From a virus, in the IMG/VR virus record IMGVR_UViG_3300043426_000009: a stretch of 46,902 nucleotides of DNA. One strand, 5' to 3'. The translations under genes were made by a program, and so were the position numbers. Below the pieces are notes generated by a model, which made no database searches, had not been told where the DNA came from, and was given only the letters and a program-made list of their open reading frames with translations. The first letter of the stretch is position 1. Each line of letters starts with the position of its first letter. Shown piece by piece: positions 11,001-19,746 of this stretch.

Positions 11001-11422
11001 TGTTCCAATTGAACAAATAAATCATCAAGTGCTTTTGTTGATTCAACTTGCGATTTTTTGCTTTGTTTTCGTGCCTTGATTTCATCTTTGACACTATCGG
11101 TCAATTCATCATTTGCTTCGGTTAATTTTTCCGTTTGTTTGGCTAATTTTTTTTGTGCATCGGCGTATTCTTTTGAAATCTTTTCAAGTTCGGTTTGTGC
11201 TTTTGCGTATTTTTCCGACATCGCCAACATATCTTCCACCAACGTTTCATATTTTTTGAAACCTGCGATGTCATCGAAATTGAACGCTTCGGAAAATTCT
11301 TTTTTTATTCGTTTTGCATCAGCAATCAAATCATCGCCAAGTTTTGCAAAATCGCTTTTCACTTTGTCCATTCCGCCGTCATCGTTGAAAAACTCGGAAT
11401 AATTAAATAAAATACTATCCAT
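8021..11422 (-). CDS. Tail tape measure protein (1133 aa)
   Basis: Longest ORF. E/K/L/A coiled-coil character over most of its length. Central hydrophobic segments VIGLILVALAALSSLFG and ITFGKVSLTIIKGVGGALIDFF. Lies between the head and distal tail genes. Confidence 0.8.
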   Translation of the reverse strand: MDSILFNYSEFFNDDGGMDKVKSDFAKLGDDLIADAKRIKKEFSEAFNFDDIAGFKKYETLVEDMLAMSEKYAKAQTELEKISKEYADAQKKLAKQTEKLTEANDELTDSVKDEIKARKQSKKSQVESTKALDDLFVQLEQHKVALKAVNELEKTGAVSVEDAAIARGRAKLMMKELTAEINKQQKELLALNQVSKAEQKLIEANIVLQKEEAKTLNDVRERIAALRVVVQSLDMEAEAEKIKAFNDEINELTDILSDNSDKFIQNKINIGNYEEAINNALKSSNLFKTNIAGLDAALDGLLGGLMKSKQEIQEMEEALGNNANALQKFSISFGKLNKVLKASVIGLILVALAALSSLFGSSRAGAVRMEKVMMSLSSAFITFGKVSLTIIKGVGGALIDFFSGDFSDAGDKLKKTFKDVGEAFKDGTKAIVQGLEYIDKAFKIEDQVRRLSREVERLNGKLAITQLRADDSTRSLKTQLYNAKLALTQQTLLNQKQLEIAKKQLDVANNKVKQNVLANVVEASSLNMQAEGVAFAEQVQKLAQQRGVDLEISNELIDEQQNALLEVIKAENELALGKEENAKKQREINRDIFEQNLDLLIDLIDTEKNISEQYVNDITRNFKKRVDEFNRFILVFRANASRELDEFTKEAANMGLKLKFKIKFDENGDFKVLVNDVELAVNDIVKLNEQLQGFGINQVDINRFREFMVETRNGVKDFSELNKELVLAGINFKQLKNDFAVGGLELSNLERINSRVRELNDLLEKSKTTTYDKKGNAIDKYNISKRDRDKIMKELAELEKERTSISEDADLNRKSNRIAAINEELTTVEKGSQREIELLQEKQDLLKEIEQGYLDDRLNQIKENNEKAELEYKKFVENIQNIIGLILDKLLEVNAKIIQSQEKLVDKQGEMVDKQEERAKNGMQNTLAFEQRALADREAELIKSQKKQERLEKIKALYTSYTNYSNKGDENPILKALRDFAILESIAASFGDGGVVEDKLPSNGIFRGRSHNGKHGGIPILVEGQEGILSKREMANLGKDNFYKMKELAGLGQVDSNFFSGQREQFVQMIVPKSSSDSMLINEMRDVKNAIEKKPVQNLDVLKLSDNILEFVETVQSKNKTVRNHYQLRKKRF

Positions 11423-11423
11423 T

Positions 11424-12185
11424 TTAATTTTTGTTTTTTGAATGTTTTTCTTTCAAATGTTCAACGGTTGAGTAAAATGTAAACGTTGATATTTCTTGCA
11501 AATTTTGACCGGTCAATTCCGTTACAGCAATTCCGAATTTTTGAAAATCAACTTCAAGTATTCGTTCCATATTGTCATCTTTCCAAACGTTCCAAATATT
11601 CGGTTTATCATTTTCAAGAATTTCTTTTTCCAAATCATATAAATTTTGATTCACGGAATCAGTTTTTAAAATGATTTTGTCAAGCATCGCATCAATTCTT
11701 TTTTTTCTCAATGCGGTTTGTTCTTTATTTCCGTTTTTTGGAAAATACATTGGAAAATAAACGACCAATTCGGTTTCGATTTTTTTTTTTACTTCCCGTA
11801 ATTTCGTGATTGATGTTTCAATGTCAAAACCGATATTGTTTAAATGAATCAATATTTGTTCCAAATCATCTGGTGCAAATGTTTCATATTTGACATCATC
11901 AATTCGATGAATCATAATTGCAAAAGTTCTTCCGACCGGCGTTTGTTCATTGTACGCATTGTAAACGGTCATTCTTCTATTTTCCAATTCTTTTATCGCT
12001 TCCGGAACCATATTTTTTTTCAAAAACGCCATTGTTTTTTCGGTTCTTTTGTCATAATCGGAAAAATCATTTCCGACTTCCGATGCAATCATTTGATATT
12101 TGTTGAATTTTTGAAATCTAAGAATCGGAAGTTTTTGAATGGAATCATAAATTTCGATTTCGTGTTTGCCGAATTTGTAAATCAT
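11424..12185 (-). CDS. Hypothetical protein, possibly a tail assembly chaperone by position (253 aa)
   Basis: ATG at 12185, immediately upstream of the tape measure gene. No motif recognised and no slippery site identified. Confidence 0.4.
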   Translation of the reverse strand: MIYKFGKHEIEIYDSIQKLPILRFQKFNKYQMIASEVGNDFSDYDKRTEKTMAFLKKNMVPEAIKELENRRMTVYNAYNEQTPVGRTFAIMIHRIDDVKYETFAPDDLEQILIHLNNIGFDIETSITKLREVKKKIETELVVYFPMYFPKNGNKEQTALRKKRIDAMLDKIILKTDSVNQNLYDLEKEILENDKPNIWNVWKDDNMERILEVDFQKFGIAVTELTGQNLQEISTFTFYSTVEHLKEKHSKNKN

Positions 12186-12188
12186 AAG

Positions 12189-12452
12189 TTATTTTTTTAA
12201 AGTGGTTAAACCAGAAACGACAAATGGGACCAATAAAAGTTCCCATTTTAAACCAAATAAAATTCCATAAATCAATGTGATGATCCACGAAATGTGAAAC
12301 AATAAACAAAAACGGCATTGTGTTAATTCATAAAACGTTTTGATTTTTGCGACCGAACCAATCAACGCCAATTTTTCCCACCAACCCCATTTTTCAAATG
12401 TTGCATTTATGAATAAAACGAATCCATAAACTACTAAAATAATTTGTGCCAT
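12189..12452 (-). CDS. Small integral membrane protein (87 aa)
   Basis: ATG at 12452. Three hydrophobic helices: IILVVYGFVLFI, LLFHISWIITLIYGILFGL and LLLVPFVVSGL. Confidence 0.55.
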   Translation of the reverse strand: MAQIILVVYGFVLFINATFEKWGWWEKLALIGSVAKIKTFYELTQCRFCLLFHISWIITLIYGILFGLKWELLLVPFVVSGLTTLKK

Positions 12453-12467
12453 AATTTTGAATATTTT

Positions 12468-12501
12468 AATCCATCAAGTTTTTTTATTTACTTGATGGAT
12501 T
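12468..12501. other. 12-bp perfect hairpin with its T-run on the plus strand
   Basis: AATCCATCAAGT-10 nt-ACTTGATGGATT, followed by TTTGTTTTTTTT on the plus strand. On the coding strand an A-run precedes it and no U tract follows. Confidence 0.6.
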
Positions 12502-12510
12502 TTGTTTTTT

Positions 12511-12933
12511 TTAATCTGTTGTTTTTGTGTATTCTAAAATAAAATTATAATTAAGCCCCGTATAAATAGTTTCAAAATGTATTGCATTATTATCATAACT
12601 AAGTTCAGTATTTAAAACATAATTTAATTGAGTGTCCTCTATAATTAAAATATTAGAATTTGAAAGTAATAAATCTATGTTTAATGAACTTACATCTACT
12701 TCATTTAATTCAGAACTATTATTTGTTGTACCTGTTAAAACCTTCCTATAAATAGGTTTACCATCTATCCAAGTACCACCTGTTAATTTTTCATCTATTG
12801 AATACGAATTTCCATTACTTTGTGAATTTCCATTTTTCAATTCTAATAAAATTTCGGCTAATCTTTCTGGATCAATATTTGCTCCAAAAATGACATCTTT
12901 TAATTCTGCGATTTTTTCTTCTACTGTTTTCAT
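12511..12933 (-). CDS. Fibre/collar-like structural protein in an AT-rich, CG-depleted island (140 aa)
   Basis: ATG at 12933. The motif TGGTWIDGKPIYRKV resembles fibre or receptor-binding domain proteins. About 4 CG dinucleotides in 420 bp, against 20 or more in the neighbouring gene. Confidence 0.45.
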   Translation of the reverse strand: MKTVEEKIAELKDVIFGANIDPERLAEILLELKNGNSQSNGNSYSIDEKLTGGTWIDGKPIYRKVLTGTTNNSSELNEVDVSSLNIDLLLSNSNILIIEDTQLNYVLNTELSYDNNAIHFETIYTGLNYNFILEYTKTTD

Positions 12934-12948
12934 TTTTTTATTTATTAA

Positions 12949-13545
12949 TTAAGTTAAACATTCTTCTTGAATTTTTATTTGCGTTTCAATTCTGAAACAT
13001 TGTAAAGGCGCCCGGTTGTATTGCTCCAGGTCATCCAATACAAATTCTTTATAAACTTCTTTCAAATCACGTGTTTCAGAAATCAATGTAATTCCGAAAT
13101 CATAATTCATTGCATTGTTTGTCAATAATTGTCGGGCCGATTTCATCAATTCTTGCGTGAACAAATATTTTTTCAACTTAACCGGATCAATCAATTCCAA
13201 ATTAACGGAAAAAATAATTGAAACGTTGTATGTCAAAAAGTTTTCTTGGTTTGCTGCAAAATCATTTTTATTTTGACCAACCATAAAAAAACACATTCCG
13301 TGATAATCATTATCGGCCGTCAAACGATGATATGTATAATTTTTATCATCAACATCCGGAATGCATGTTTCTGGATATATGAAATTTTGGCCTTTTTCTT
13401 TTCGGAAAAATCGTTGTGCGATGTGATACGGATGCGACAACCAAGTTAATCCGGAAAGTAATTGACGGATTTGTTCACACGCCGAATCAATTTCAATTGG
13501 ATTTTCAATTGTGAAAATTTTATTTTGTAATTCTGTTATTGACAT
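12949..13545 (-). CDS. Hypothetical virion-module protein (198 aa)
   Basis: ATG at 13545 overlaps the upstream ORF by 26 nt. No motif recognised. Confidence 0.5.
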   Translation of the reverse strand: MSITELQNKIFTIENPIEIDSACEQIRQLLSGLTWLSHPYHIAQRFFRKEKGQNFIYPETCIPDVDDKNYTYHRLTADNDYHGMCFFMVGQNKNDFAANQENFLTYNVSIIFSVNLELIDPVKLKKYLFTQELMKSARQLLTNNAMNYDFGITLISETRDLKEVYKEFVLDDLEQYNRAPLQCFRIETQIKIQEECLT

Positions 13546-13987
13546 AATCTTTTAAGTTTGGTATTAAATATTTAATCACGAATTCTTTTAAATGTTCATT
13601 TGTTAATTTCAAAACATTTCGCCCGTAACGCTTCAAAATATATTTGTCATACTCAACATCGGTTTTTATTTCAAAGTGGTCTGAAAACGCATTGATTTCA
13701 ATTTTGGCGTGAAATTCGCCTTCATCTTTCAATGTCGTTCGGTCGGCCGGTTGATTTTTTGATAATTTATATCGAATCGTTGTGCGTGTGTAACCCTCAA
13801 GGCGTTTCCCGTTTCCGTCAATTCCTTTGTCGAATAATTGTTTTTCAATCAAATAATCTTTCAATATCAAATTATGTTTCATTATTGATTCTTTGAACTG
13901 TTCATTCAATATTGATTCAAAGTTTTCAATGAATTTAATTTGATTGTTAAACATATCCGATATTTGGTTGAAATGTATCGGATTCAC
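13520..13987 (-). CDS. Hypothetical virion-module protein (144-155 aa)
   Basis: The track start at 13987 is GTG. An ATG at 13954 gives an 8-nt overlap with the upstream gene and is at least as plausible. Confidence 0.5.
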   Translation of the reverse strand: MNPIHFNQISDMFNNQIKFIENFESILNEQFKESIMKHNLILKDYLIEKQLFDKGIDGNGKRLEGYTRTTIRYKLSKNQPADRTTLKDEGEFHAKIEINAFSDHFEIKTDVEYDKYILKRYGRNVLKLTNEHLKEFVIKYLIPNLKDYVNNRITK

Positions 13988-15083
13988 AACCTAAACAACG
14001 ATTGTTGATTTCAGAAATATTAAAATTGACCGCTTTCAATTCACGATTATACAATTGTGAAATATTAAGTGCGTTTGTTTCTTTGTCGCCCTCAAGATCA
14101 CGAATGACCATATTTTTTAAATTTTCTTCGACATAATTTGTTTCTTGACTAAATTTCATATCATTCAAAATCAAATGTGCGACTTTTAATGACAATAAAT
14201 TTTTGAATGCAAATTTGTTTTGAATAAAAAAATTTGTCAAATCACATCGCACCGTGAATTTTAAATTCAAACCCCACGATGTATCATTGCAATAGTTCGC
14301 TTTTTCCAAATCAAACATTTTTTCTTTTGTGAAATTCATTTGCGGCACATAAATTGGATAAACGTGAAAGTGGTCCCGAATTGATTTCCATACTGAATAA
14401 AAATTGTTGTTGCAACTTCCACATTCTCCTTTGTTCCAATTGAAATTGGAATAATTGATTGCACTTGCAGTCAAATCTTCTTGATAATATCCTAAAACAA
14501 AAATGCCACCGTGAAATAATTCCGGTGCGATTGAATTTAATTCAAAATCAATTTTTTTCCATTTCCACGATGTGTCCGTTGTGGTTAATTCAAACGTATC
14601 AAGTGCATCTTCTTTTTGTGAATGGAACAAATATAATTTCAAAGTTTGTGCGGCGTCCAATTGCAAACCAATTTCGTTGATGATTGTTTGTAAACCGGTC
14701 AATGCTTTCACGTGAATTTGAAAACCAACAAATCGGTTTTGATTAACGATTTTGTCGCCGGCCCACGAATGACGGTTTAACAATTGCGCTTGTTCCAATA
14801 ATGTTTTCCCATAATTTGCAACTTGTCTATATTGAATGATGTCATTGAAAATTCCATTTGTTGCAACTTCAATTTTTTCGGCCAAATAAACATTCAAATC
14901 TTGATTCTTTGACAATGTTGTTTGAATATAATCCAAACGCAATGCCGGGTGTTTGTCTTGGAAATATTCGCCGCTTTCAGTTGTTTGCAATGCCGCATCA
15001 ATTGAAATTTCGGACGGATTAAAATGTTCACGCCAACCGATTAAATTTTTGTATGCCGGAACTAATATTGTGCTTTTAAACAT
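13947..15083 (-). CDS. Hypothetical virion protein downstream of the capsid gene (378 aa)
   Basis: ATG at 15083, the first gene after the capsid terminator. No motif recognised. Confidence 0.5.
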   Translation of the reverse strand: MFKSTILVPAYKNLIGWREHFNPSEISIDAALQTTESGEYFQDKHPALRLDYIQTTLSKNQDLNVYLAEKIEVATNGIFNDIIQYRQVANYGKTLLEQAQLLNRHSWAGDKIVNQNRFVGFQIHVKALTGLQTIINEIGLQLDAAQTLKLYLFHSQKEDALDTFELTTTDTSWKWKKIDFELNSIAPELFHGGIFVLGYYQEDLTASAINYSNFNWNKGECGSCNNNFYSVWKSIRDHFHVYPIYVPQMNFTKEKMFDLEKANYCNDTSWGLNLKFTVRCDLTNFFIQNKFAFKNLLSLKVAHLILNDMKFSQETNYVEENLKNMVIRDLEGDKETNALNISQLYNRELKAVNFNISEINNRCLGCESDTFQPNIGYV

Positions 15084-15096
15084 AATTATAAAAATT

Positions 15097-15130
15097 AAAA
15101 AAACCTTGCCTCGAATTGAGACAAGGCCTT
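15097..15130 (-). terminator. Intrinsic terminator after the major capsid gene
   Basis: Minus-strand RNA reads GGCCUUGUCUC-aauuc-GAGGCAAGG followed by U7. The plus-strand C:A mismatch becomes a G:U pair on the minus strand. Confidence 0.8.
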
Positions 15131-15155
15131 TTGTTAAACAAACAAATTAAAATTC

Positions 15156-16205
15156 TTATGGCACGAACTCAAATTTTCTAATTGCACCCGCTTTGGTTGT
15201 GTTATCACTGTTGTATGGAACCACAATCCCATAATCAACCGAAATTTGATAATGTTCAACCAATGTCGCTTTCAAATGATCAAGTCCGGACGCTTCTAAC
15301 AAAGATTTGTCATCACATTTCGACTTGTATTGAATCCCAACCGGAAACGGTAAATCTGGCAAAGTTTCTTCCATCCATTCGGTACCATCGCCGGCTTTTG
15401 AACCTGCCATTGCATCCAAATCAACACGTGTCAATAAACCAATTGAACCGTCCGGCATAAAATATCCAGTCGCTTGTTTACCAGCGCCAACCGTTACACG
15501 ATTTGAAAATGTGAAATTTTTCCCAGCAAATTGAAATGATGTGTTTGCAGCATTTCCGTTTCCTTGATTGATGAATTTATTCACAACCGACATAACTGAA
15601 TGCGATGCAACAATTCGTGTTGTTGGATCATAAAAATCATCCGCAAAGTTAATCGGTGCAACATCATTGAAAAAGAAATCTTGTTTTGCTACTGGAACTT
15701 GAATTGCACCGCCGGCCAATGCGTAAGTTGAACCAACAATTGTTGATCCGTAAACTTGCGTTTTGTTTGCATCAAATGCCGTGTCCAAATCATTTTCAAT
15801 TTCAACTTTGAACGCTTCAACGATTTCACGAATTTTTTTCGCCAAATCAAAATTGTATGAAATTTGATTTTTTTTGTATTGCGCCGGCACCATCATAATA
15901 TCGGCCGCAATTGTTTTCCAAACCACACGAACCAAATCCGATTCCGATTGACCACCGTTGATGGTACAAGAACGCACATTTGAAATCGTTACAACGCCTT
16001 TTTTCATAACTGGAATGTCAAGATTTAAACCTTGAGAGTTCTCAGCCAATTGGCGTAATTCTGGACTTAAAATTGAGCTTGCGGAATTTGTCATTTCCAA
16101 ACAAGCAGTTAACAAACCGTTTTGTGTAATTCTTAATTCATCACGGTCGTTGTTTGATGGGTGACCTGCTCTAATATCTTGCAAGTACGTTTTTACTAAA
16201 CTCAT
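15156..16205 (-). CDS. Major capsid protein (349 aa)
   Basis: ATG at 16205. Follows the scaffold-like ORF and is followed by a strong terminator. Size and composition fit a capsid protein. The assignment is mainly positional. Confidence 0.7.
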   Translation of the reverse strand: MSLVKTYLQDIRAGHPSNNDRDELRITQNGLLTACLEMTNSASSILSPELRQLAENSQGLNLDIPVMKKGVVTISNVRSCTINGGQSESDLVRVVWKTIAADIMMVPAQYKKNQISYNFDLAKKIREIVEAFKVEIENDLDTAFDANKTQVYGSTIVGSTYALAGGAIQVPVAKQDFFFNDVAPINFADDFYDPTTRIVASHSVMSVVNKFINQGNGNAANTSFQFAGKNFTFSNRVTVGAGKQATGYFMPDGSIGLLTRVDLDAMAGSKAGDGTEWMEETLPDLPFPVGIQYKSKCDDKSLLEASGLDHLKATLVEHYQISVDYGIVVPYNSDNTTKAGAIRKFEFVP

Positions 16206-16231
16206 TTTTTTTGGTTTATTAAATTAAACAA

Positions 16232-17206
16232 TTATTCGTTTGGCAAGTCTTTAACATTATAGTCATTATATGCACCGTTTTTTAGATTGTCCCAATTCGG
16301 ATCACGTTTTGTAATTCCGGCATCAATTAGCGCTTTTTCTGCAACTTCAATGAATGCTTTTTTAGTCGTGAATGATCCGGTCGGTAATTCTAATTTTTTC
16401 GTGTCTTTCCCATCGACCGTGGTTGTTTTTATTTGACCATTTATAACCGTTGGCGCTTGACCACCACCACCGGCATTTTCTTTTAATGAAATTTCTTTGA
16501 TTCCGTCCAAACTTGCAAGAACTTCACTTGCGTTCATTGGTTCGTAAGAAGAATTCAAATATGTTGTTCCATCCGGCTTCAAAAATAGTGTTTTTCCGTT
16601 TTCTATTTTTGAATTTTTTAACAAATCATTTTCAACTTGATTTAAAACGATTTTTTTCACGGTTTCAGAAACATCGGGATTGAACTTGATTGATGCAATT
16701 CCGGCCGCAATATCATTTTTAACTTGGCCCTCAATTGTTTTGTTGTTCAACTCAACAATTTTGTCATTCAACGTTTGTTCTTTTTTCGCCCATTCGGTTT
16801 TCGCTTCATCAAAAATCTTTTGAACTTGAGCGCCGCCGCCTTCGGATTTCAGTTTTTCAATTTCGCCGGTTAATCTTGCAACCTCAACATCTTTTGTCAA
16901 ACTATCTTTTTTCCCACGCAAATCCGCCAATTCCGACAATAATGAATTTAGTTTTTCATACGTTTTTTCTTTGGTTCCGTCTGGTTTTTGACCTGGACGT
17001 TCGCCCAATTTCGCAAACATATCATCATCATATTTTGAATGTGTTTTGCTTATTTCTTCATCAATTTTTGTTTTAAAAATCGAATCCGCTTTATTGTCAA
17101 TTAATTTTTTAACCGCTTCAACTTCCGTTAATGTTGGTAAAATTCCGGTTACAATTTCCGGTTTCGTTTTAATCGCTTCAATGATTTGTTCAACTGTGAT
17201 TTCCAT
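16232..17206 (-). CDS. Scaffolding-like protein (324 aa)
   Basis: ATG at 17206. E/K-rich helical protein between the portal-side genes and the capsid gene. Confidence 0.55.
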   Translation of the reverse strand: MEITVEQIIEAIKTKPEIVTGILPTLTEVEAVKKLIDNKADSIFKTKIDEEISKTHSKYDDDMFAKLGERPGQKPDGTKEKTYEKLNSLLSELADLRGKKDSLTKDVEVARLTGEIEKLKSEGGGAQVQKIFDEAKTEWAKKEQTLNDKIVELNNKTIEGQVKNDIAAGIASIKFNPDVSETVKKIVLNQVENDLLKNSKIENGKTLFLKPDGTTYLNSSYEPMNASEVLASLDGIKEISLKENAGGGGQAPTVINGQIKTTTVDGKDTKKLELPTGSFTTKKAFIEVAEKALIDAGITKRDPNWDNLKNGAYNDYNVKDLPNE

Positions 17207-17242
17207 TTTTTTCCCTTTTAATGGTTAATAATAAAGTTTTTT

Positions 17243-17833
17243 TTATTTGTTATCTTTTTGCCATTCTGACAATGCAATAAAGATTTCTTCTTTTGCGGTT
17301 AATCCTTTGATGTCGATTTCATTTGTTTTTGCAAACGCTTTTAATTCATCAATTTTCAATTCCGTCAAATCAACTGTTTTCGGATCGTTCGCCGCCGGTG
17401 TTGTTGGTGCCGGTTTTGATGCTTCAAGTTCTTTCAATTTTGCATCAAAAAGTTCTTGTGCTTTTGCATTTGCTTTTTCTTCAATTTCCGCATCAATTTC
17501 AACTTGCGTTTTGATTGGTGCCGCCGGTGTTGTTGGTGCGATTGCAGCAACCTCAACCGTTTCTGGATTGTGCAAAACAACCATTTTGTCAAAACCTAAA
17601 ATTGCAATTGATTTTGATGTTTTTTCAAAACCTCTTGCATCGAATTGTTGAATGTTGATTGTTGTTTCATACGTTTTTTTAACTGGGTTGTCGGTTTTCT
17701 TAACCAATGCAACGACATAATGACCACGGTCGGATTCGTTGATTTCTTTCGGAAGTGCATTTGCAACTTCTTTGTCAATCGCTTCAATTTCTTTAAATGC
17801 GATTTCATAATTGTTTGCTTGAATTTTTTTCAT
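17243..17833 (-). CDS. Head-module protein with a C-terminal HeH/SAP-like motif (196 aa)
   Basis: ATG at 17833. A/P/T-rich linkers. The C-terminal LKIDELKAFAKTNEIDIKGLTAKEEIFIAL resembles HeH/SAP helix-extension-helix motifs. Confidence 0.45.
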   Translation of the reverse strand: MKKIQANNYEIAFKEIEAIDKEVANALPKEINESDRGHYVVALVKKTDNPVKKTYETTINIQQFDARGFEKTSKSIAILGFDKMVVLHNPETVEVAAIAPTTPAAPIKTQVEIDAEIEEKANAKAQELFDAKLKELEASKPAPTTPAANDPKTVDLTELKIDELKAFAKTNEIDIKGLTAKEEIFIALSEWQKDNK

Positions 17834-17851
17834 CTTGCTAATTATTAAATT

Positions 17852-19567
17852 TTAAATTGTTACTTGTTTACTCAAAACTTCTTTGTTGTATAAATTCAAT
17901 TCGTTTTTGATTGCTTCAATTCTTTTTTGTGGTTCTAATGTCAAACCAAATTGTGTAATTGGTGCGTTTTCCGTTTCAAATTTATTGACAAAGTTAAGGA
18001 AATTTATTTTCATTGATAATATTTCCGAATCAATGAAATTTTTTGCGTTCAAATCAATGACTTCTGTCAATGTGAATAATGGCATCGGGTCCAATTGCAA
18101 CAACATTTTTTGTCGTTCGACTTTGTACGGATTGCCTTTGTATTTTGTTTCAATCAATTGAATGTAAATCATCAATTGTTCTTCTAATGGTAAACCGATT
18201 TTTTTTGCATTGTCAAAACGTTTTTGCAAATCTTCTTCATTGACCAAATAAAATTCAGTTCCAAAATTTGCATCAACTTTAATGATGATGTCTTTATAAA
18301 ATGTTTTTGCAGCAGTGATGACAATCCATTTATAAAGAATATCAAGTTCATTTTTAACACGCAATAAAACCGATTCCATTGATGCAAACGAACCTTTCAA
18401 TTGCATTTGATTCATCGCATCGTTCATTGATTGCATATAATTCAATCCAACTGTTTTGTGTCGAATTTCAAGTTCCAAATCATCCAACTTTTCCGGGACA
18501 TATTTCATTTTGTCGGTATCTGGAAAAATCATTTTGAAAACGCCGGAACCATCATTTAGTGATTTATCGGCTTGCACGTTTATTCCAATGTGTGTTCCTG
18601 GAAATATCAACGTTCCGTTTTCGCTTTCACAAATTTCACATTTAGAATTTTTTGTTATTGTGATGTGTGGTTTCGATTGATCTTCTACAACTTCCGATGT
18701 TATCATTCCATTTTGACAATCCGGATTCGGACATTTCTTTTTCGGCGCCTCAGTTACCGGAAACGGTGCGTAATGGTCAACATAATTTCTGAATATGTCA
18801 AACATTGTCCAATCTTCCAATTTTGATAATGCGGCACTAAAAGCGATTCTTCTTTTGAAATAGTTTTTATTATTGGTTGGTTCTGAAAGAAATGCAGTCG
18901 CCGGACAATATCCGATGTTATGACTGTTATTTGAAATCAATGTGTATGTGTCGGAATCCGATTTTTTTTCAAAAACCCAATATGTTTCATCATCGTAAAC
19001 CGAATATTTTTTGGTTCCGTTTTCTTCGACTGAATGCAAAAATGAAATATATTCAAGTTCCCCTTTTGAACTTTTAAATCTTGCATCAATGATTCGACTT
19101 GAATCAATCAATATTAAATATGGTTTTCCGTTTGAATCTTTGTCAATCACAACAAATGAACACGGTTTGTTTTTCAAAACATTTTTCGCATTTTCTTCAA
19201 TCCATTTTTCAATGTCATTGTCTAAAACCCATTTTTTCAACAATGAAACATCACGGTCGGAGTCAATGTGAAAATTTCGGTTCTTCCCATCAAAAACTTT
19301 GAAATAATCACTTAGTATTGAATCACTAATTTGGCACACCGGCAATGGAAACCTTGCGAACTGAAAAACACGGTCAAACTTTTTGTCCGACCGTGCTTTC
19401 ATTTTGTTTTTTAGTTCGCTCCAATAAACCTCACTATTCAATTCGCTTTCATCGAGTTCTTCGGTAAAAACACGCAATTGTGATTCTTGCTTTTTTACCG
19501 ATTCAATCAATTTTTTGTTTGACGGATTTTTTATTGTTTCCGCCGCTTGCGTTTGTGTGAGTTTCAT
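17852..19567 (-). CDS. Putative portal protein (571 aa)
   Basis: ATG at 19567. Size and position upstream of scaffold and capsid genes fit a portal. No portal motif was verified by eye. Confidence 0.6.
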   Translation of the reverse strand: MKLTQTQAAETIKNPSNKKLIESVKKQESQLRVFTEELDESELNSEVYWSELKNKMKARSDKKFDRVFQFARFPLPVCQISDSILSDYFKVFDGKNRNFHIDSDRDVSLLKKWVLDNDIEKWIEENAKNVLKNKPCSFVVIDKDSNGKPYLILIDSSRIIDARFKSSKGELEYISFLHSVEENGTKKYSVYDDETYWVFEKKSDSDTYTLISNNSHNIGYCPATAFLSEPTNNKNYFKRRIAFSAALSKLEDWTMFDIFRNYVDHYAPFPVTEAPKKKCPNPDCQNGMITSEVVEDQSKPHITITKNSKCEICESENGTLIFPGTHIGINVQADKSLNDGSGVFKMIFPDTDKMKYVPEKLDDLELEIRHKTVGLNYMQSMNDAMNQMQLKGSFASMESVLLRVKNELDILYKWIVITAAKTFYKDIIIKVDANFGTEFYLVNEEDLQKRFDNAKKIGLPLEEQLMIYIQLIETKYKGNPYKVERQKMLLQLDPMPLFTLTEVIDLNAKNFIDSEILSMKINFLNFVNKFETENAPITQFGLTLEPQKRIEAIKNELNLYNKEVLSKQVTI

Positions 19568-19571
19568 TGAT

Positions 19572-19745
19572 TTACTTTTTTACTAAATCGAAATTCAAGC
19601 CGTCAAATGTATATTTATCATCAGCCAATTCCCATTGAGAATTTTTTAATTTTAATAATTTCAACGCTTGATTCAATTCAAATTCTTGTTTACGTGGTTT
19701 GTCGGCTTTTGTTTTTAAAGTTACGACATCTTTTTTCTTTGTCAT
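19572..19745 (-). CDS. Small basic ORF missed by the ORF track (57 aa)
   Basis: An ATG at 19745 lies 1 nt after the upstream stop (19747-19749). Translates as MTKKKDVVTLKTKADKPRKQEFELNQALKLLKLKNSQWELADDKYTFDGLNFDLVKK with TAA at 19572-19574. It exactly fills an otherwise empty gap. Confidence 0.5.
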   Translation of the reverse strand: MTKKKDVVTLKTKADKPRKQEFELNQALKLLKLKNSQWELADDKYTFDGLNFDLVKK

Positions 19746-19746
19746 A

